Of a DNA stretch of 64,000 nt, positions 9,069-18,708 are shown in pieces. The number at the start of each line of letters is the position of its first letter. Position 1 is the stretch's first letter. This stretch comes from Eubacteriales bacterium (lineage in GTDB: Bacteria > Bacillota > Clostridia > Christensenellales > CAG-138), in the NCBI GenBank assembly GCA_035446965.1, contig DAOTGE010000003.1, forward strand, positions 22,574 through 86,573, given 5' to 3'. The notes beneath the pieces were generated by a model. The model was not told where the DNA came from, did no database searches, and worked only from the letters and a program-made list of their open reading frames with translations. A program made the position numbers and the translations under genes.

Positions 9069-9488
9069 ATGAGCAGAACGACCGCGCGTGAAGTCGCGAT
9101 GATGATGGAGTTTTCCCGCATGCTTGGCGGAGAGGACACGCCCGCAAACGTCTGTGAAAAAGCCGCGGAGATCGGCATTGGCACACTGGACGAAGCGGAC
9201 GTGACCTATGTCGGGCAGATCATGAGCGGCGTAAGCGAACACAGGGAAGAGCTCGACGAGCTGGTGAAGAAGTATTCCGTCGACTGGGCCATAGAACGTA
9301 TTGCGAGGGTTGACCTGTGCATACTGCGCGTTGCAATCTTCGAGATGCTTTACCGGCATGAAGACGTGCCGACCGGCGCGGCGATCAACGAGGCGGTCGA
9401 GCTTGCCAAACGATACGGCGGCGAGCGTTCTTATGCGTTCATCAACGGGATTCTCGGCAGCGTCGCAAAAGAGCTCGCCGGAACATGA
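9069..9488 (+). CDS. nusB: Transcription antitermination factor NusB
   Basis: MSRTTAREVAM...W..ERI..VDL.ILR.AI.E.......P..AAINEAVELAK.Y......FINGILG is the NusB pattern. Confidence 0.93.
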   Translation: MSRTTAREVAMMMEFSRMLGGEDTPANVCEKAAEIGIGTLDEADVTYVGQIMSGVSEHREELDELVKKYSVDWAIERIARVDLCILRVAIFEMLYRHEDVPTGAAINEAVELAKRYGGERSYAFINGILGSVAKELAGT

Positions 9489-10447
9489 GCCGTTTGTTTT
9501 TGGGCGTCGATACCAGCGCGTACACGACGTCAATTTGCTGCGTTTGCGAAGAAGGCATCGTTTTCGAGAAGAGAACGATGCTTTCCGTGCCGTTGGGCGG
9601 GCGCGGCCTGCGGCAGTCCGAGGCGCTCTTTCAGCACGTAAAAAACTTGCCTGCACTGACGGATGAATTGTTTCATTCAATTGATGCGGGTTCCGTCTGC
9701 GCCGCGGCGGTCAGCGCAAAACCCACGGCGGCGGAAGACTCCTATATGCCCGTGTTCCTCGCGGGAAAGCTCGCAGCTTCTTCGATTACGGGCGCGCTCG
9801 GCGTGCCGCTGTATGAAACCACACACCAGGCGGGGCACGTGCGCGCGGCGATGTTTGGCAACGAAGCGCACATAACGGAAAACGGAACCTTTCTTGCAAT
9901 GCATATTTCCGGTGGTACGACGGACCTGCTGCGCGTCGGCCTTGCCGGCGGGAAAATTGAAACGATTGAGAAGGCCGGCGGGTGTGCGGACCTGCATGCG
10001 GGCCAGTTTGTGGATCGCGTCGGCGTAAAGTTGGGTCTGTCGTTTCCAAGCGGCCCGGAACTGGAAAAGCTCGCCGTTCAGGCAAAGACGAGGGACATTC
10101 GGCTGCCTTCGAGTGTAAAGAACGCGGAATGCTCTTTTTCCGGGCAGGAAACAGCGGCATTGCGCATGCTTGAGCAGGGTGCGCCGAAGGAAGAGATCGC
10201 GTTTGCTGTGTACGACTGCATGGCGCGCACGTTTTCAAAAATACTGCTTTACGCCATGGAGCGGACCGGCTGCGAAACCGCGCTGCTTTCCGGCGGTGTG
10301 TCGGGCAGCGGGCTTTTGAGGACGCTGCTGCAGAAGCGCACGAAAAAAGCGCTGCTGTTTGCGCGGACTGGGCTTTCTTCGGACAATGCGGCCGGCACGG
10401 CGCTGCTTGCAAAAGATTTATATGAGGCGGGCGAAAGGGGGCGCTGA
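9485..10447 (+). CDS. Kae1/TsaD-like ASKHA-fold protein (divergent peptidase M22 / glycoprotease family paralog)
   Basis: LGVDTSAYTTS (phosphate-1), HQAGHV (the HxxxH metal pair position of TsaD), HISGGTTDLL (phosphate-2) and LLSGGVSGSGLLR (adenosine motif). An ATGA overlap links it to the nusB stop, and its own stop is 4 nt before xseA. Confidence 0.7.
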   Translation: MSRLFLGVDTSAYTTSICCVCEEGIVFEKRTMLSVPLGGRGLRQSEALFQHVKNLPALTDELFHSIDAGSVCAAAVSAKPTAAEDSYMPVFLAGKLAASSITGALGVPLYETTHQAGHVRAAMFGNEAHITENGTFLAMHISGGTTDLLRVGLAGGKIETIEKAGGCADLHAGQFVDRVGVKLGLSFPSGPELEKLAVQAKTRDIRLPSSVKNAECSFSGQETAALRMLEQGAPKEEIAFAVYDCMARTFSKILLYAMERTGCETALLSGGVSGSGLLRTLLQKRTKKALLFARTGLSSDNAAGTALLAKDLYEAGERGR

Positions 10448-10451
10448 ACGG

Positions 10452-11666
10452 ATGGAAGAGCAACTGATACCGGTGTTCAGCGTCAGCGAACTGAACGAGT
10501 ATGTCGGCGCGCTGCTGTCCATAGACCCGAATCTTTCCGATATCCGTGTCAGCGGTGAGATCAGCGGGTTTAAACGGCACTCGTCCGGGCATCTTTACTT
10601 TTCTCTGAAGGACGAAAACGCGCTGGTGCGCTGCGTGATGTTCCGGCAGCAGGCGATGCGCCTTTCCTTCCGGCCGGAAGACGGCATGCAGGTCGTTTTA
10701 GTCGGCCGCGCGTCGCTCTATCAGAAGGACGGCTCGTTTCAGCTCTACGCAAACGCCTTGCAAAAGAGCGGCGAGGGCGAGCTTTTTAAAAAATTTTTGG
10801 CGCTCAAGGCGGAACTTGAAAAGAAAGGCTATTTTGCCGAAGAGCGCAAGCGTCCGATTCCGTTCCTGCCGGGTCGCGTCGGCGTGGTCACCAGCGGCAC
10901 AGGCGCCGCTGTGCAGGACATACTGAATATTATCAGCCGCCGTTTTCCTCGTATGCCGGTCGTGCTCGCCTCGGTGCGGGTGCAGGGACAGGGCGCGGCG
11001 CAGGAGATTGCGCACGCAATCGGGCGGATGAACGAGGAGAACGCCGCGGACGTGCTCATCGTCGGGCGCGGCGGCGGGAGCATGGAAGACCTCTGGGCCT
11101 TCAACGAGCCGGTCGTGGCCGAAGCGATCGTGAACAGCCGGATTCCCGTGATCAGCGCGGTCGGACACGAAGCGGATTTTACCATTGCGGATTTCGCGGC
11201 GGACCTGCGCGCGCCGACGCCATCCGCCGCGGCGGAACTCGCCGTGCCGGAAATGGACGCGGTGTACGAGGCGGTGCGTTCTCTTTCGGAACGCATGCGG
11301 CGCTCGCTCAATGCAGCGGTTGAAAAGATGCGCGCAAACGTGCGGCTGTTTGCGTCGGCAAACGCGTTTCGGTTGCTGGAACGCAAGGTCGCCGATTCAC
11401 GGCAAACGCTCGATTTAACGAGAGAACACGCGACGCGCGGCGCGCTGGAACGCGTTAGGACGGCGCGCGCGGCGCTGGAACAGGCGCGCGCGAAGCTGGT
11501 TGCGCTCGATCCGGATGCGGTCCTCGAACGCGGATACGCTATGATAGCAGATCCGGCCGGAAAGCCGGTTTCCGGTGTGAAAGTACTCAAGCCGAACGAC
11601 CGGGTCAGCATCCGCATGCACGACGGCACTGCGGAGGCGGCGATCGAGCGCGTGAAAAACGGCTGA
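10452..11666 (+). CDS. xseA: Exodeoxyribonuclease VII large subunit
   Basis: OB-fold N-terminus VFSVSELNEYV...I.V.GEISGFKRHSSGHLYFSLKD is followed by the catalytic and coiled-coil parts. The ATG at 10452 is preferred; the ORF-track start at 10359 overlaps the upstream gene. Confidence 0.95.
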   Translation: MEEQLIPVFSVSELNEYVGALLSIDPNLSDIRVSGEISGFKRHSSGHLYFSLKDENALVRCVMFRQQAMRLSFRPEDGMQVVLVGRASLYQKDGSFQLYANALQKSGEGELFKKFLALKAELEKKGYFAEERKRPIPFLPGRVGVVTSGTGAAVQDILNIISRRFPRMPVVLASVRVQGQGAAQEIAHAIGRMNEENAADVLIVGRGGGSMEDLWAFNEPVVAEAIVNSRIPVISAVGHEADFTIADFAADLRAPTPSAAAELAVPEMDAVYEAVRSLSERMRRSLNAAVEKMRANVRLFASANAFRLLERKVADSRQTLDLTREHATRGALERVRTARAALEQARAKLVALDPDAVLERGYAMIADPAGKPVSGVKVLKPNDRVSIRMHDGTAEAAIERVKNG

Positions 11667-11719
11667 AACACACAGTTTTTATATTGGAAGAGAGCGGGAC
11701 GACGGGAGGAATGGGAGAA

Positions 11720-11932
11720 GTGGAAAAACAACTTCGTTTTGAAGAAGCGATGCAGAAGCTAACCGGCATCGTGGAGAAACTTGAAAGCGGCGAAGGCTCG
11801 CTAGACGAAATGATATCCTTATATGAAGAGGGGATGCAACTCGTGAAAGGCTGCGAAAAGCAGCTCGACGCATATGAAGCGACGATCACGAAACTGAACC
11901 TGAACGCGGGAGGAGAAGCAGATGCTGACTGA
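11720..11932 (+). CDS. xseB: Exodeoxyribonuclease VII small subunit
   Basis: EKQLRFEEAMQKLTGIVEKLESGEGSLDEMISLYEEGMQL matches XseB. The GTG at 11720 lies 9 nt after GGGAGGA and is favoured. In-frame alternatives at 11684 (TTG) and 11711 (ATG) cannot be excluded. Confidence 0.85.
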   Translation: MEKQLRFEEAMQKLTGIVEKLESGEGSLDEMISLYEEGMQLVKGCEKQLDAYEATITKLNLNAGGEADAD

Positions 11933-12764
11933 AAAGCTTTCGGCATATTCCGAAATGACCGACCGAAAACTCGGCGAACTGCTTTCTGCAGATGTGATTC
12001 CGCCGGTGCTGGCGGAGAGCATGGCCTACAGCGTATTTTCCGGCGGAAAACGCCTGCGCCCGTCACTCTGTATGGCCGCCTGCGAATTCTGCGGCGGGAC
12101 GGCCAAGGACGCGCTTCTGCCGGCCTGCGCAATCGAATTGATCCATACGTATTCGCTGATTCACGACGATCTTCCCGCAATGGACAATGACGATTTCCGC
12201 CGCGGCAAACCGAGCAACCATAAGGCGTTCGGCGAGGCGAACGCAATTCTTGCGGGCGACGGACTGCAGTCCCTTGCGTTTGCCGTGCTTTCCGAATGCA
12301 CGTCACATGACGCGGGAAAGTATATTGCGCGCGGTGCGTTTGAAATGGTGATGGGGCAAAGCATGGATGTGAGCACGTGCGGCGGCGCGGAGCAGCTCAC
12401 GGCACTGCAGGATTACAAGACGGCGGCGCTGTTCCGCGCGGCGGTCGGCGCGGGCGCTTCCTGCGCGCGCGCAAACGGACGGCAGATTGAAGCGCTGCTT
12501 GCGTTTGCCAGCGCATATGGCATGCTATTTCAGATTACAGACGACATTCTCGATTTTGAGGGCAGTGCTGAAACGCTCGGCAAGTCCGTCGGCAAGGATG
12601 CGGCGGCCGGAAAGACGACGTTTGTGACCGTTTATGGTTTGGACGGCGCAAAGACGTATGCACAGAACTATGCGCGTGAAGCGAAAAAGGCGATTGCTGA
12701 TGCCGGCGGCGACCCGGCTCTGTTTTTGGAGCTGATCGACTATACGCTCAAACGGCGCGCATAA
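11922..12764 (+). CDS. ispA: Polyprenyl (farnesyl/geranylgeranyl) diphosphate synthase
   Basis: First DDxxD box is HTYSLIHDDLPAMDNDDFRRGKPSNH and the second is FQITDDILD. Confidence 0.93.
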   Translation: MLTEKLSAYSEMTDRKLGELLSADVIPPVLAESMAYSVFSGGKRLRPSLCMAACEFCGGTAKDALLPACAIELIHTYSLIHDDLPAMDNDDFRRGKPSNHKAFGEANAILAGDGLQSLAFAVLSECTSHDAGKYIARGAFEMVMGQSMDVSTCGGAEQLTALQDYKTAALFRAAVGAGASCARANGRQIEALLAFASAYGMLFQITDDILDFEGSAETLGKSVGKDAAAGKTTFVTVYGLDGAKTYAQNYAREAKKAIADAGGDPALFLELIDYTLKRRA

Positions 12765-12801
12765 AAACGAAAGCAAAGGATTCTGACGAAGTAAAAACAC
12801 A

Positions 12802-14628
12802 ATGGACGGTTATCCGATACTCGATCAAATAAATTCTCTGGAAGATTTCCGTAAACTGCCGGAATCGCAGTTGCCCGTGCTGGCGGCGCAGATGCGGCAG
12901 TATATGGTTGAAAACGTTGCGCGCTGCGGAGGGCATCTTGCCTCCAGCCTTGGCGCGGTGGAGATTACCATCGCAATGCACAGGGCGTTTGAGAGCCCGA
13001 AGGATAAGATTGTCTTCGATGTGGGACACCAGTCCTATGCGCATAAAATTCTGACCGGGCGGCGCGAGGCTTTCCGTACCCTGCGGCAGGAAGGCGGCAT
13101 CAGCGGCTTTCCAAAGCGCGAGGAAAGCGAGCACGACCCGTTTAACACCGGCCATGCTTCAACGGCGATTTCCGCCGCGCTCGGCATGGCGCGCGCAAAG
13201 CGCCTGCTTGGCGAAGAGGGCGTTGCCGTCGCTCTGGTGGGTGACGGCGCGCTGACCGGCGGACTCGCGTTCGAGGGACTCAACGACGCGGGACAGGCGG
13301 ATGTGCCGCTGATCGTAATTATTAACGACAACGAGATGTCCATTTCCCCGAACGTAGGCGCGCTGCACCGCATGCTCGTCAACATGCGTGTCAGCCACGG
13401 CTATGTGCGCTTTAAGCGCTTTCTGGTGCGCGCGCTGGACACCGGCGTAATCGGGCGCTGGCTGTCGCGCCACATGGAGAATCTGAAAAACCGCATTAAG
13501 AACTTTTTGATGCCGAACCGCCTGTTCGAAGACATGGGCTTTTTATACCTCGGTCCGATCGACGGGCACGACGTGCATGCGCTCACCAAGATGTTCCGCC
13601 GTGCAAAGGAACTGCGCGTGCCGGTCGTTGTGCACTGCGTCACGCAGAAGGGGAAGGGGTACGCTTATTCGGAGCGCAATCCTGAAAAGTTTCACGGCAT
13701 CGCGCCGTTTTCCATCGACACGGGCGAACTGGAGCGGCTTTCTAAAAAGAGCAATTCGAGCGTGTTTGGCGAGGCGATGGTCGCGCTGGCGGAAAAAGAA
13801 CCGCGCATCGTCGCCGTATCCGCCGCCATGCCGATCGGCACGGGGCTTGCGGAGTTCGCCGGACGGTTTCCGGACCGCTTTTTCGACGTTGGCATAGCGG
13901 AAGAACACGCGCTCACCATGGCGGCCGGGATGGCCGCGGGAGGACTCAAGCCGGTGGTCGCGATCTATTCAACGTTTCTGCAGCGTGGGTACGACCAGAT
14001 TCTGCATGATATATGCCTGCAAAAACTGCCCGTGGTGCTTGCCGTGGACCGCGCGGGACTGGTTGGCGAGGACGGCGAAACGCACCAGGGTGTGTTTGAC
14101 GCGTCATTCCTCTGCGACATGCCGGGGATCACTGTTTACTCTCCCGCGACACAGCAGGAAATCGTACACATGCTCAGCCTTGCGCTCGAGCGCGGCGAGC
14201 CTGCGGCGATTCGCTATTCGCGTGGATGTCTGATGCAGGCGGTTTCTTCCGTGCCTGTCGAAAAAGGGAAATGGGAAGTGATCGAACCGCTTGCGGAACA
14301 GGTTGTGATTGCATCCGGCACGATGGTTTCGGTTGCAATGCCGGTTGCGCGCAAGCTCGGCGCGGGGCTCGTCAACGCAAGGTCGCTGCGTCCGCTGGAT
14401 TTTGAACTGCTTAAAGAAATCAAAGCGGCGGCAAAGCGCGTCGTCGTCATGGAAGAAACGGTAGACTGTCTCGGTTCGCGGGTCGCGGCGGAGCTTTCGC
14501 CCGTGCCTGTGGTGCGCATGTGCGTGCCGAGCGAGCCGGTCGTGCACGCAAGCGTGGCGCGTCAGCGCGATTTCTGCGGCCTCAACGCGGAGATACTGGA
14601 AAAGAACCTGACGAGGGATCTGAAATGA
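12802..14628 (+). CDS. dxs: 1-deoxy-D-xylulose-5-phosphate synthase
   Basis: GGHLASSLG, DVGHQSYAHKILTGRR and the GDG..TGG..FE.LN TPP-binding motif are present in a 608-aa protein. Confidence 0.97.
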   Translation: MDGYPILDQINSLEDFRKLPESQLPVLAAQMRQYMVENVARCGGHLASSLGAVEITIAMHRAFESPKDKIVFDVGHQSYAHKILTGRREAFRTLRQEGGISGFPKREESEHDPFNTGHASTAISAALGMARAKRLLGEEGVAVALVGDGALTGGLAFEGLNDAGQADVPLIVIINDNEMSISPNVGALHRMLVNMRVSHGYVRFKRFLVRALDTGVIGRWLSRHMENLKNRIKNFLMPNRLFEDMGFLYLGPIDGHDVHALTKMFRRAKELRVPVVVHCVTQKGKGYAYSERNPEKFHGIAPFSIDTGELERLSKKSNSSVFGEAMVALAEKEPRIVAVSAAMPIGTGLAEFAGRFPDRFFDVGIAEEHALTMAAGMAAGGLKPVVAIYSTFLQRGYDQILHDICLQKLPVVLAVDRAGLVGEDGETHQGVFDASFLCDMPGITVYSPATQQEIVHMLSLALERGEPAAIRYSRGCLMQAVSSVPVEKGKWEVIEPLAEQVVIASGTMVSVAMPVARKLGAGLVNARSLRPLDFELLKEIKAAAKRVVVMEETVDCLGSRVAAELSPVPVVRMCVPSEPVVHASVARQRDFCGLNAEILEKNLTRDLK

Positions 14629-15437
14629 AGACCAGACTGGACGTGGCTCTGTTTGAAAACGGCCTGGCAAAAAGCCGGGAGCACGCGCGCGCGCTCATCA
14701 TGGCGGGACAGGTTTACGCGGACGGCACAAAGGCCGAGAAAGCCGGTCAGTTTGTAGCGGAAAGCGTCGAACTGACGGTGCGTGGTGACAAATGCCCGTT
14801 TGTCAGCCGCGGCGGATATAAACTGCAAAAAGCGGTCGAAACGTTCCCGATTTCGCTTGAGGGCGTTACCGCAGCGGACATCGGCGCGTCCACAGGCGGA
14901 TTTACGGACTGCATGCTCCAGCACGGCGCAAGGCACGTTTTTGCAATCGACGTGGGGTACGGCCAGCTCGACTGGGCGCTGCGCAACGATCCGCGCGTGA
15001 CGGTGATGGAACGCACCAACGCGCGCTATATGGAGCCGGGGTGGTTCGGTGCGCCGCTGGATTTTGCTTCGATCGACGTTTCGTTCATATCGCTCGATAA
15101 AATACTGCCTGCGCTGATAAGTTGTTTGAGCGGCGGCGGAAACGTCGTTGCACTGATTAAGCCGCAGTTTGAAGCCGGCAGGAACAAGGTTGGAAAACAC
15201 GGCGTCGTTTCCTCGGAGGAAACGCATCTCGAAGTCGTTGAACGTATGATCGGGGTCGCGTCAACCACAGGATTTTGTGTAAAGGGGCTGTCTTATTCAC
15301 CAATACGCGGTCCCAAGGGGAATATTGAATTCCTCATCTGGCTGCAAAAATGCATAGAACCAGCAAATCAAACAGCAGAAGTTGACCATAATGCCGCCGT
15401 TTCGGTCGTTCACGAAGCGCACGAAACGTGCATATAA
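14625..15437 (+). CDS. tlyA: TlyA family rRNA (cytidine-2'-O)-methyltransferase
   Basis: S4 domain (RLDVALFENGLAKSREHARALI) plus FtsJ-type MTase (DIGASTGGFTD). An ATGA overlap links it to the dxs stop. Confidence 0.92.
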   Translation: MKTRLDVALFENGLAKSREHARALIMAGQVYADGTKAEKAGQFVAESVELTVRGDKCPFVSRGGYKLQKAVETFPISLEGVTAADIGASTGGFTDCMLQHGARHVFAIDVGYGQLDWALRNDPRVTVMERTNARYMEPGWFGAPLDFASIDVSFISLDKILPALISCLSGGGNVVALIKPQFEAGRNKVGKHGVVSSEETHLEVVERMIGVASTTGFCVKGLSYSPIRGPKGNIEFLIWLQKCIEPANQTAEVDHNAAVSVVHEAHETCI

Positions 15438-15460
15438 AGAATTAATATTCACAATCTCTC

Positions 15461-15489
15461 TTGTATTTTTATAAATATGGCCGTATAAT
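15461..15489 (+). promoter_or_regulatory. Sigma-A-type promoter upstream of nadK
   Basis: TTGTAT (15461-15466), 17 nt, TATAAT (15484-15489), inside an AT-rich island between tlyA and nadK. Confidence 0.55.
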
Positions 15490-15519
15490 ACGAATATATT
15501 ATTGAACAGGGGTATTTTT

Positions 15520-16311
15520 ATGAGGATCGGCTTTGCCGGGAATCTTGAAAAGGAAGGCATCGCCGAGTATCGCAAGGAACTGATGCAGTTAGCGCGGCGC
15601 AGCGGATGCGCCTGTGAGGCGTTTGCCGGCGCGGAGGACGTTTTAAACGCCGCCGAAACACCGGAACTGCTTGTTGTAATCGGCGGTGACGGGTCCCTGC
15701 TTCGTTTTTCGGCTGTTGCGGCGGAGCGGGACGTTCCGATCCTTGGCGTAAATCTTGGACGGATCGGCTTTTTAAGCGAGATTGCTGCGGACGAGTTTTC
15801 CGAGGCGCTCAGCCGCGTGCAAAACGGCAATTACCGGCTGGAAGAGCGCATGATGCTCAGCTGCTGTGTCGGCGGCGCTGTGTGCGCCGATTGCCTCAAC
15901 GACGTGCTCGTGTTTAAAAAGTCCTTTTCCGGCACGATTCAGGTGAACCTGAACTGTGACGGGCAGGACGTCGGCACGGTGTTCTGCGATGGGATCATTG
16001 CGTCCACGCCGACCGGCTCCACGGCGTACAATCTTTCCGCCGGCGGCCCGGTCGTGACCCAAAATCTCGACTCGATCATCGTCACCCCCGTTTGTTCGCA
16101 CACGCTGCATGTGCGCCCGGTCGTGAGCGCGGCGGATTCCGTGTGGACGTTTCATATCGAAGGGACCGGATTTGTCGCCGGGGACGGAATCAAGTTGCGG
16201 CAGGTGAATCCGAACGACCGCATCGTGGTGACAAAGTCGGAGCGGACGGTGAAATTCGTCCGTTTCAAAGAGCAAAACGTATTTGAACTGATCCGCAAGA
16301 AGCTGTCCTGA
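15520..16311 (+). CDS. nadK: NAD(+) kinase
   Basis: The GGDGSLL motif, NDVLV and TPTGSTAYNLSAGGP are present. The ATG at 15520 (MRIGFAGN) is preferred over the TTG at 15502. Confidence 0.93.
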   Translation: MRIGFAGNLEKEGIAEYRKELMQLARRSGCACEAFAGAEDVLNAAETPELLVVIGGDGSLLRFSAVAAERDVPILGVNLGRIGFLSEIAADEFSEALSRVQNGNYRLEERMMLSCCVGGAVCADCLNDVLVFKKSFSGTIQVNLNCDGQDVGTVFCDGIIASTPTGSTAYNLSAGGPVVTQNLDSIIVTPVCSHTLHVRPVVSAADSVWTFHIEGTGFVAGDGIKLRQVNPNDRIVVTKSERTVKFVRFKEQNVFELIRKKLS

Positions 16312-16426
16312 GACGACGCACACAAGAAAAATCGTATGCCCGTTCCCGAATCGAAAGGGATAAGGCGGAATTCTGAAACGAACGACACCGAACAACACCA
16401 TATTATTTTGAATTGGGGATTGGCAA

Positions 16427-16876
16427 ATGAAAGCAAAACGTCACGATATGATTTCCAAGCTGATCGCTTCGGAAAATATTGAAACGCAGGAGGAGCTCGC
16501 GGGCAAGCTGCGCGATCACGGTTTCTCCGTGACGCAGGCGACTGTTTCGCGCGACATTAAGGAACTGCGGCTGATCAAGGTGCTCACGCCCGAGGGACGA
16601 TATCGCTATGCAACCGTTGAAAAGGCGGAAGCGGACCTGCAGGAGCGCTTTATCCGCATGTTCAGCAACTGCGTCCTTTCCGTAACCAGCGCGGGGAACC
16701 TGATCGTCATTAAGACCATCGCCGGCAGCGCGCCTGCGGCGGCGGAAGCGGTCGATTCGCTCAAGTGGCCGGACGTTCTCGGCACGATTGCGGGGGACAA
16801 TACCATTTTCATCGCCGTGCGGGACAACAAGAGCGTCGGCGAAATTATTAAGAAGTTCCAAAAGATGCTCAAATAG
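16427..16876 (+). CDS. argR: Arginine repressor ArgR/AhrC
   Basis: KRHDMISKLI...I.TQEEL...L...G..VTQATVSRDIKEL.L.K is followed by a C-terminal oligomerisation domain with GTIAGDNTIFI. Confidence 0.93.
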   Translation: MKAKRHDMISKLIASENIETQEELAGKLRDHGFSVTQATVSRDIKELRLIKVLTPEGRYRYATVEKAEADLQERFIRMFSNCVLSVTSAGNLIVIKTIAGSAPAAAEAVDSLKWPDVLGTIAGDNTIFIAVRDNKSVGEIIKKFQKMLK

Positions 16877-16889
16877 GAGGGCGTCCTTT

Positions 16890-18581
16890 TTGCTCAAACA
16901 ACTTACGATTAACAATGTTGCGCTGATCGATCAGCAATTCATTGAGTTTTTCAATGGGTTTTCCGTGATGACGGGCGAGACCGGCGCAGGAAAATCCATT
17001 ATTATTGAAGCGCTGAATTTCGTTTTAGGCGAACGCGCGAGCCGCGAGCTGGTGAAATCCGGCGAGCAGAAGGCGAGCGTGGAAGCGCTGTTTTTGTTGC
17101 GCGAAGACGACCCGGCGATGGGCGTTTTATCGGAGCAGGGCGTGGAATGCGAAAACGGCGAGCTTACGCTCTACCGGGAGTTTTCTTTGACCGGACGGAA
17201 CGTTTGCCGTGCCAACGGCGCGTTGATTACGGCGGGCGCGCTCAAGGAAATCGGCGACGCCTTAGTGGACATACACGGCCAGCACGCGCATCAGTCGCTG
17301 CTGGACGTAAAAAAGCATATCGTGCTGCTCGACCGTTTTGCCGGGAAGGACGCGCAGACGTGCAGGACGCGCGTCGAAAGTGCATACCGCAAAGCTGCGG
17401 AAGCGAAGAAGCTGCTCAGCGCAGCGCAGTACAACGAACAGGAGCGTGCGCGGCGCTGCGATCTGCTTGCATATCAAATCAAGGAAATCGAAAGCGCAAA
17501 CCTGACCGACGGCGAGGAAGAACAGCTCGAGGAGCAGCGGGAACTGCTGCAGAACGCGCAGGCCGTCATGGAAGGGCTGGAGGGCGCGGGGACGGCGATC
17601 AGCGGCGACGAGGGCGAATCCAGCGGCGCGCTGGCGATGCTCAGCGTCGCGCTGCATATGCTCGACGGCATCGCCAGATATCGCGAAGAATACGGGCAAC
17701 TGACCGAAAAACTGCACTCGCTGTACTACGATTTGGAGGACGCGGCGTATTCCCTGCGGGATTTGCGCAGCGACTTTTCCTTTGAACCGGGCATGCTGGA
17801 CGAAATCGAAACCCGGCTGGATTTGATTTCGACGTTGAAGCGGAAGTACGGGGAAAGCATAGCGGAAATCCTTACGTTTTGCGAAAAAAGCAAAGAAGAA
17901 CTCGAACTGCTTGGCAGCGCCGAGGAACGGCGCGAACAGCTTACTGAAGATTACGAAAAGGCGAAGAACGAATATATTGCGCTTTCGGACGAACTCTCAA
18001 AAATCCGCAGGGAAGCGGCGGAGCGCTTAAGCGAGAGGCTTTTGCCGGAACTTGCCGATCTGGGAATGCCGTATGCGGCGTTTGAAGCCTCGTTTACAAG
18101 GCTCAGCGGCGAACTGCCGGGACCGAACGGTATGGACGATGTTGAATTCATGCTGTCCACCAACCGCGGCGAGCCGGTCAAACCTTTGAGCAAAGTCGCC
18201 TCCGGCGGCGAGCTTTCGCGTATTATGCTTTCGTTCAAGTCCGTTCTGGCCGATCTCGACGGGATTCCGACCATGGTGTTCGATGAAATCGACAGCGGCA
18301 TCAGCGGGCAAATCGGCACCGCGGTCGCGGTGAAAATGCGCCAGATTGCGGAGAACCGCCAGGTGCTCTGCATTACGCATCTGCCGCAGATTGCCGCCTA
18401 TGCAAATCAGCAATATCTGGTTTATAAAGAGGAAGCGGGGGAACATACCCGTTCCACGGCGCGCCTGCTGGAGCAAAGCGAGCGCGCGCAGGAGATCGCG
18501 CGCATTATGAGCGGTTCTGCGGCCGATCCTGTCGCACTGGAGCATGCAAAACGCCTGATTGAGTCGGCGAAAGGTTTTTAG
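16890..18581 (+). CDS. recN: DNA repair protein RecN
   Basis: The TTG at 16890 lies 9 nt after AGGAGG (LLKQLTINNVALI...). Walker A GETGAGKS, a long coiled coil, and the signature/Walker B region ASGGELSRIML...MVFDEIDSG are present. The ORF-track start at 16788 overlaps argR. Confidence 0.95.
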   Translation: MLKQLTINNVALIDQQFIEFFNGFSVMTGETGAGKSIIIEALNFVLGERASRELVKSGEQKASVEALFLLREDDPAMGVLSEQGVECENGELTLYREFSLTGRNVCRANGALITAGALKEIGDALVDIHGQHAHQSLLDVKKHIVLLDRFAGKDAQTCRTRVESAYRKAAEAKKLLSAAQYNEQERARRCDLLAYQIKEIESANLTDGEEEQLEEQRELLQNAQAVMEGLEGAGTAISGDEGESSGALAMLSVALHMLDGIARYREEYGQLTEKLHSLYYDLEDAAYSLRDLRSDFSFEPGMLDEIETRLDLISTLKRKYGESIAEILTFCEKSKEELELLGSAEERREQLTEDYEKAKNEYIALSDELSKIRREAAERLSERLLPELADLGMPYAAFEASFTRLSGELPGPNGMDDVEFMLSTNRGEPVKPLSKVASGGELSRIMLSFKSVLADLDGIPTMVFDEIDSGISGQIGTAVAVKMRQIAENRQVLCITHLPQIAAYANQQYLVYKEEAGEHTRSTARLLEQSERAQEIARIMSGSAADPVALEHAKRLIESAKGF

Positions 18582-18708
18582 CGCGCATTTGCGCGGACAC
18601 ATACACGGCGCCCTATACAGACTGTAAGGCGCATGGAATTCAAGCAGCCGCGTTCCACTGGGCAGAGGCTTTGCTCGGCAGGACGGAGATGCGGCTGCGG
18701 GAGCAGGC

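Noticed and set aside
10359-10451. 5'-extended ORF-track starts that overlap the upstream gene. Examples are 10359 xseA, 14520 tlyA, 16788 recN, 25206 ahcY, 32626-32829 xth, 20759 punA, 43199, 44470, 56594 and 59312.
   Set aside because: In each case an internal start with a proper SD, and an N-terminus collinear with the family, is available. The extensions have no family-like sequence.
15484-15512. An AT-rich string tataatacgaatatattattgaacagg with a faint resemblance to a dif (XerCD) site.
   Set aside because: Only the central TATAT part matches. Neither the XerC arm nor the XerD arm (TTATGTAAACT-like) is present. The location inside a conserved operon block and the good fit to a -10 promoter element explain it better.
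16312-16426. A search for ARG boxes upstream of argR, and for 0A boxes upstream of spo0A (18582-18708).
   Set aside because: There is no convincing TNTGAAT....ATTCANA palindrome near argR, only attttgaattgg. No TGTCGAA/TTCGACA occurs near spo0A. Neither is supportable from the sequence.
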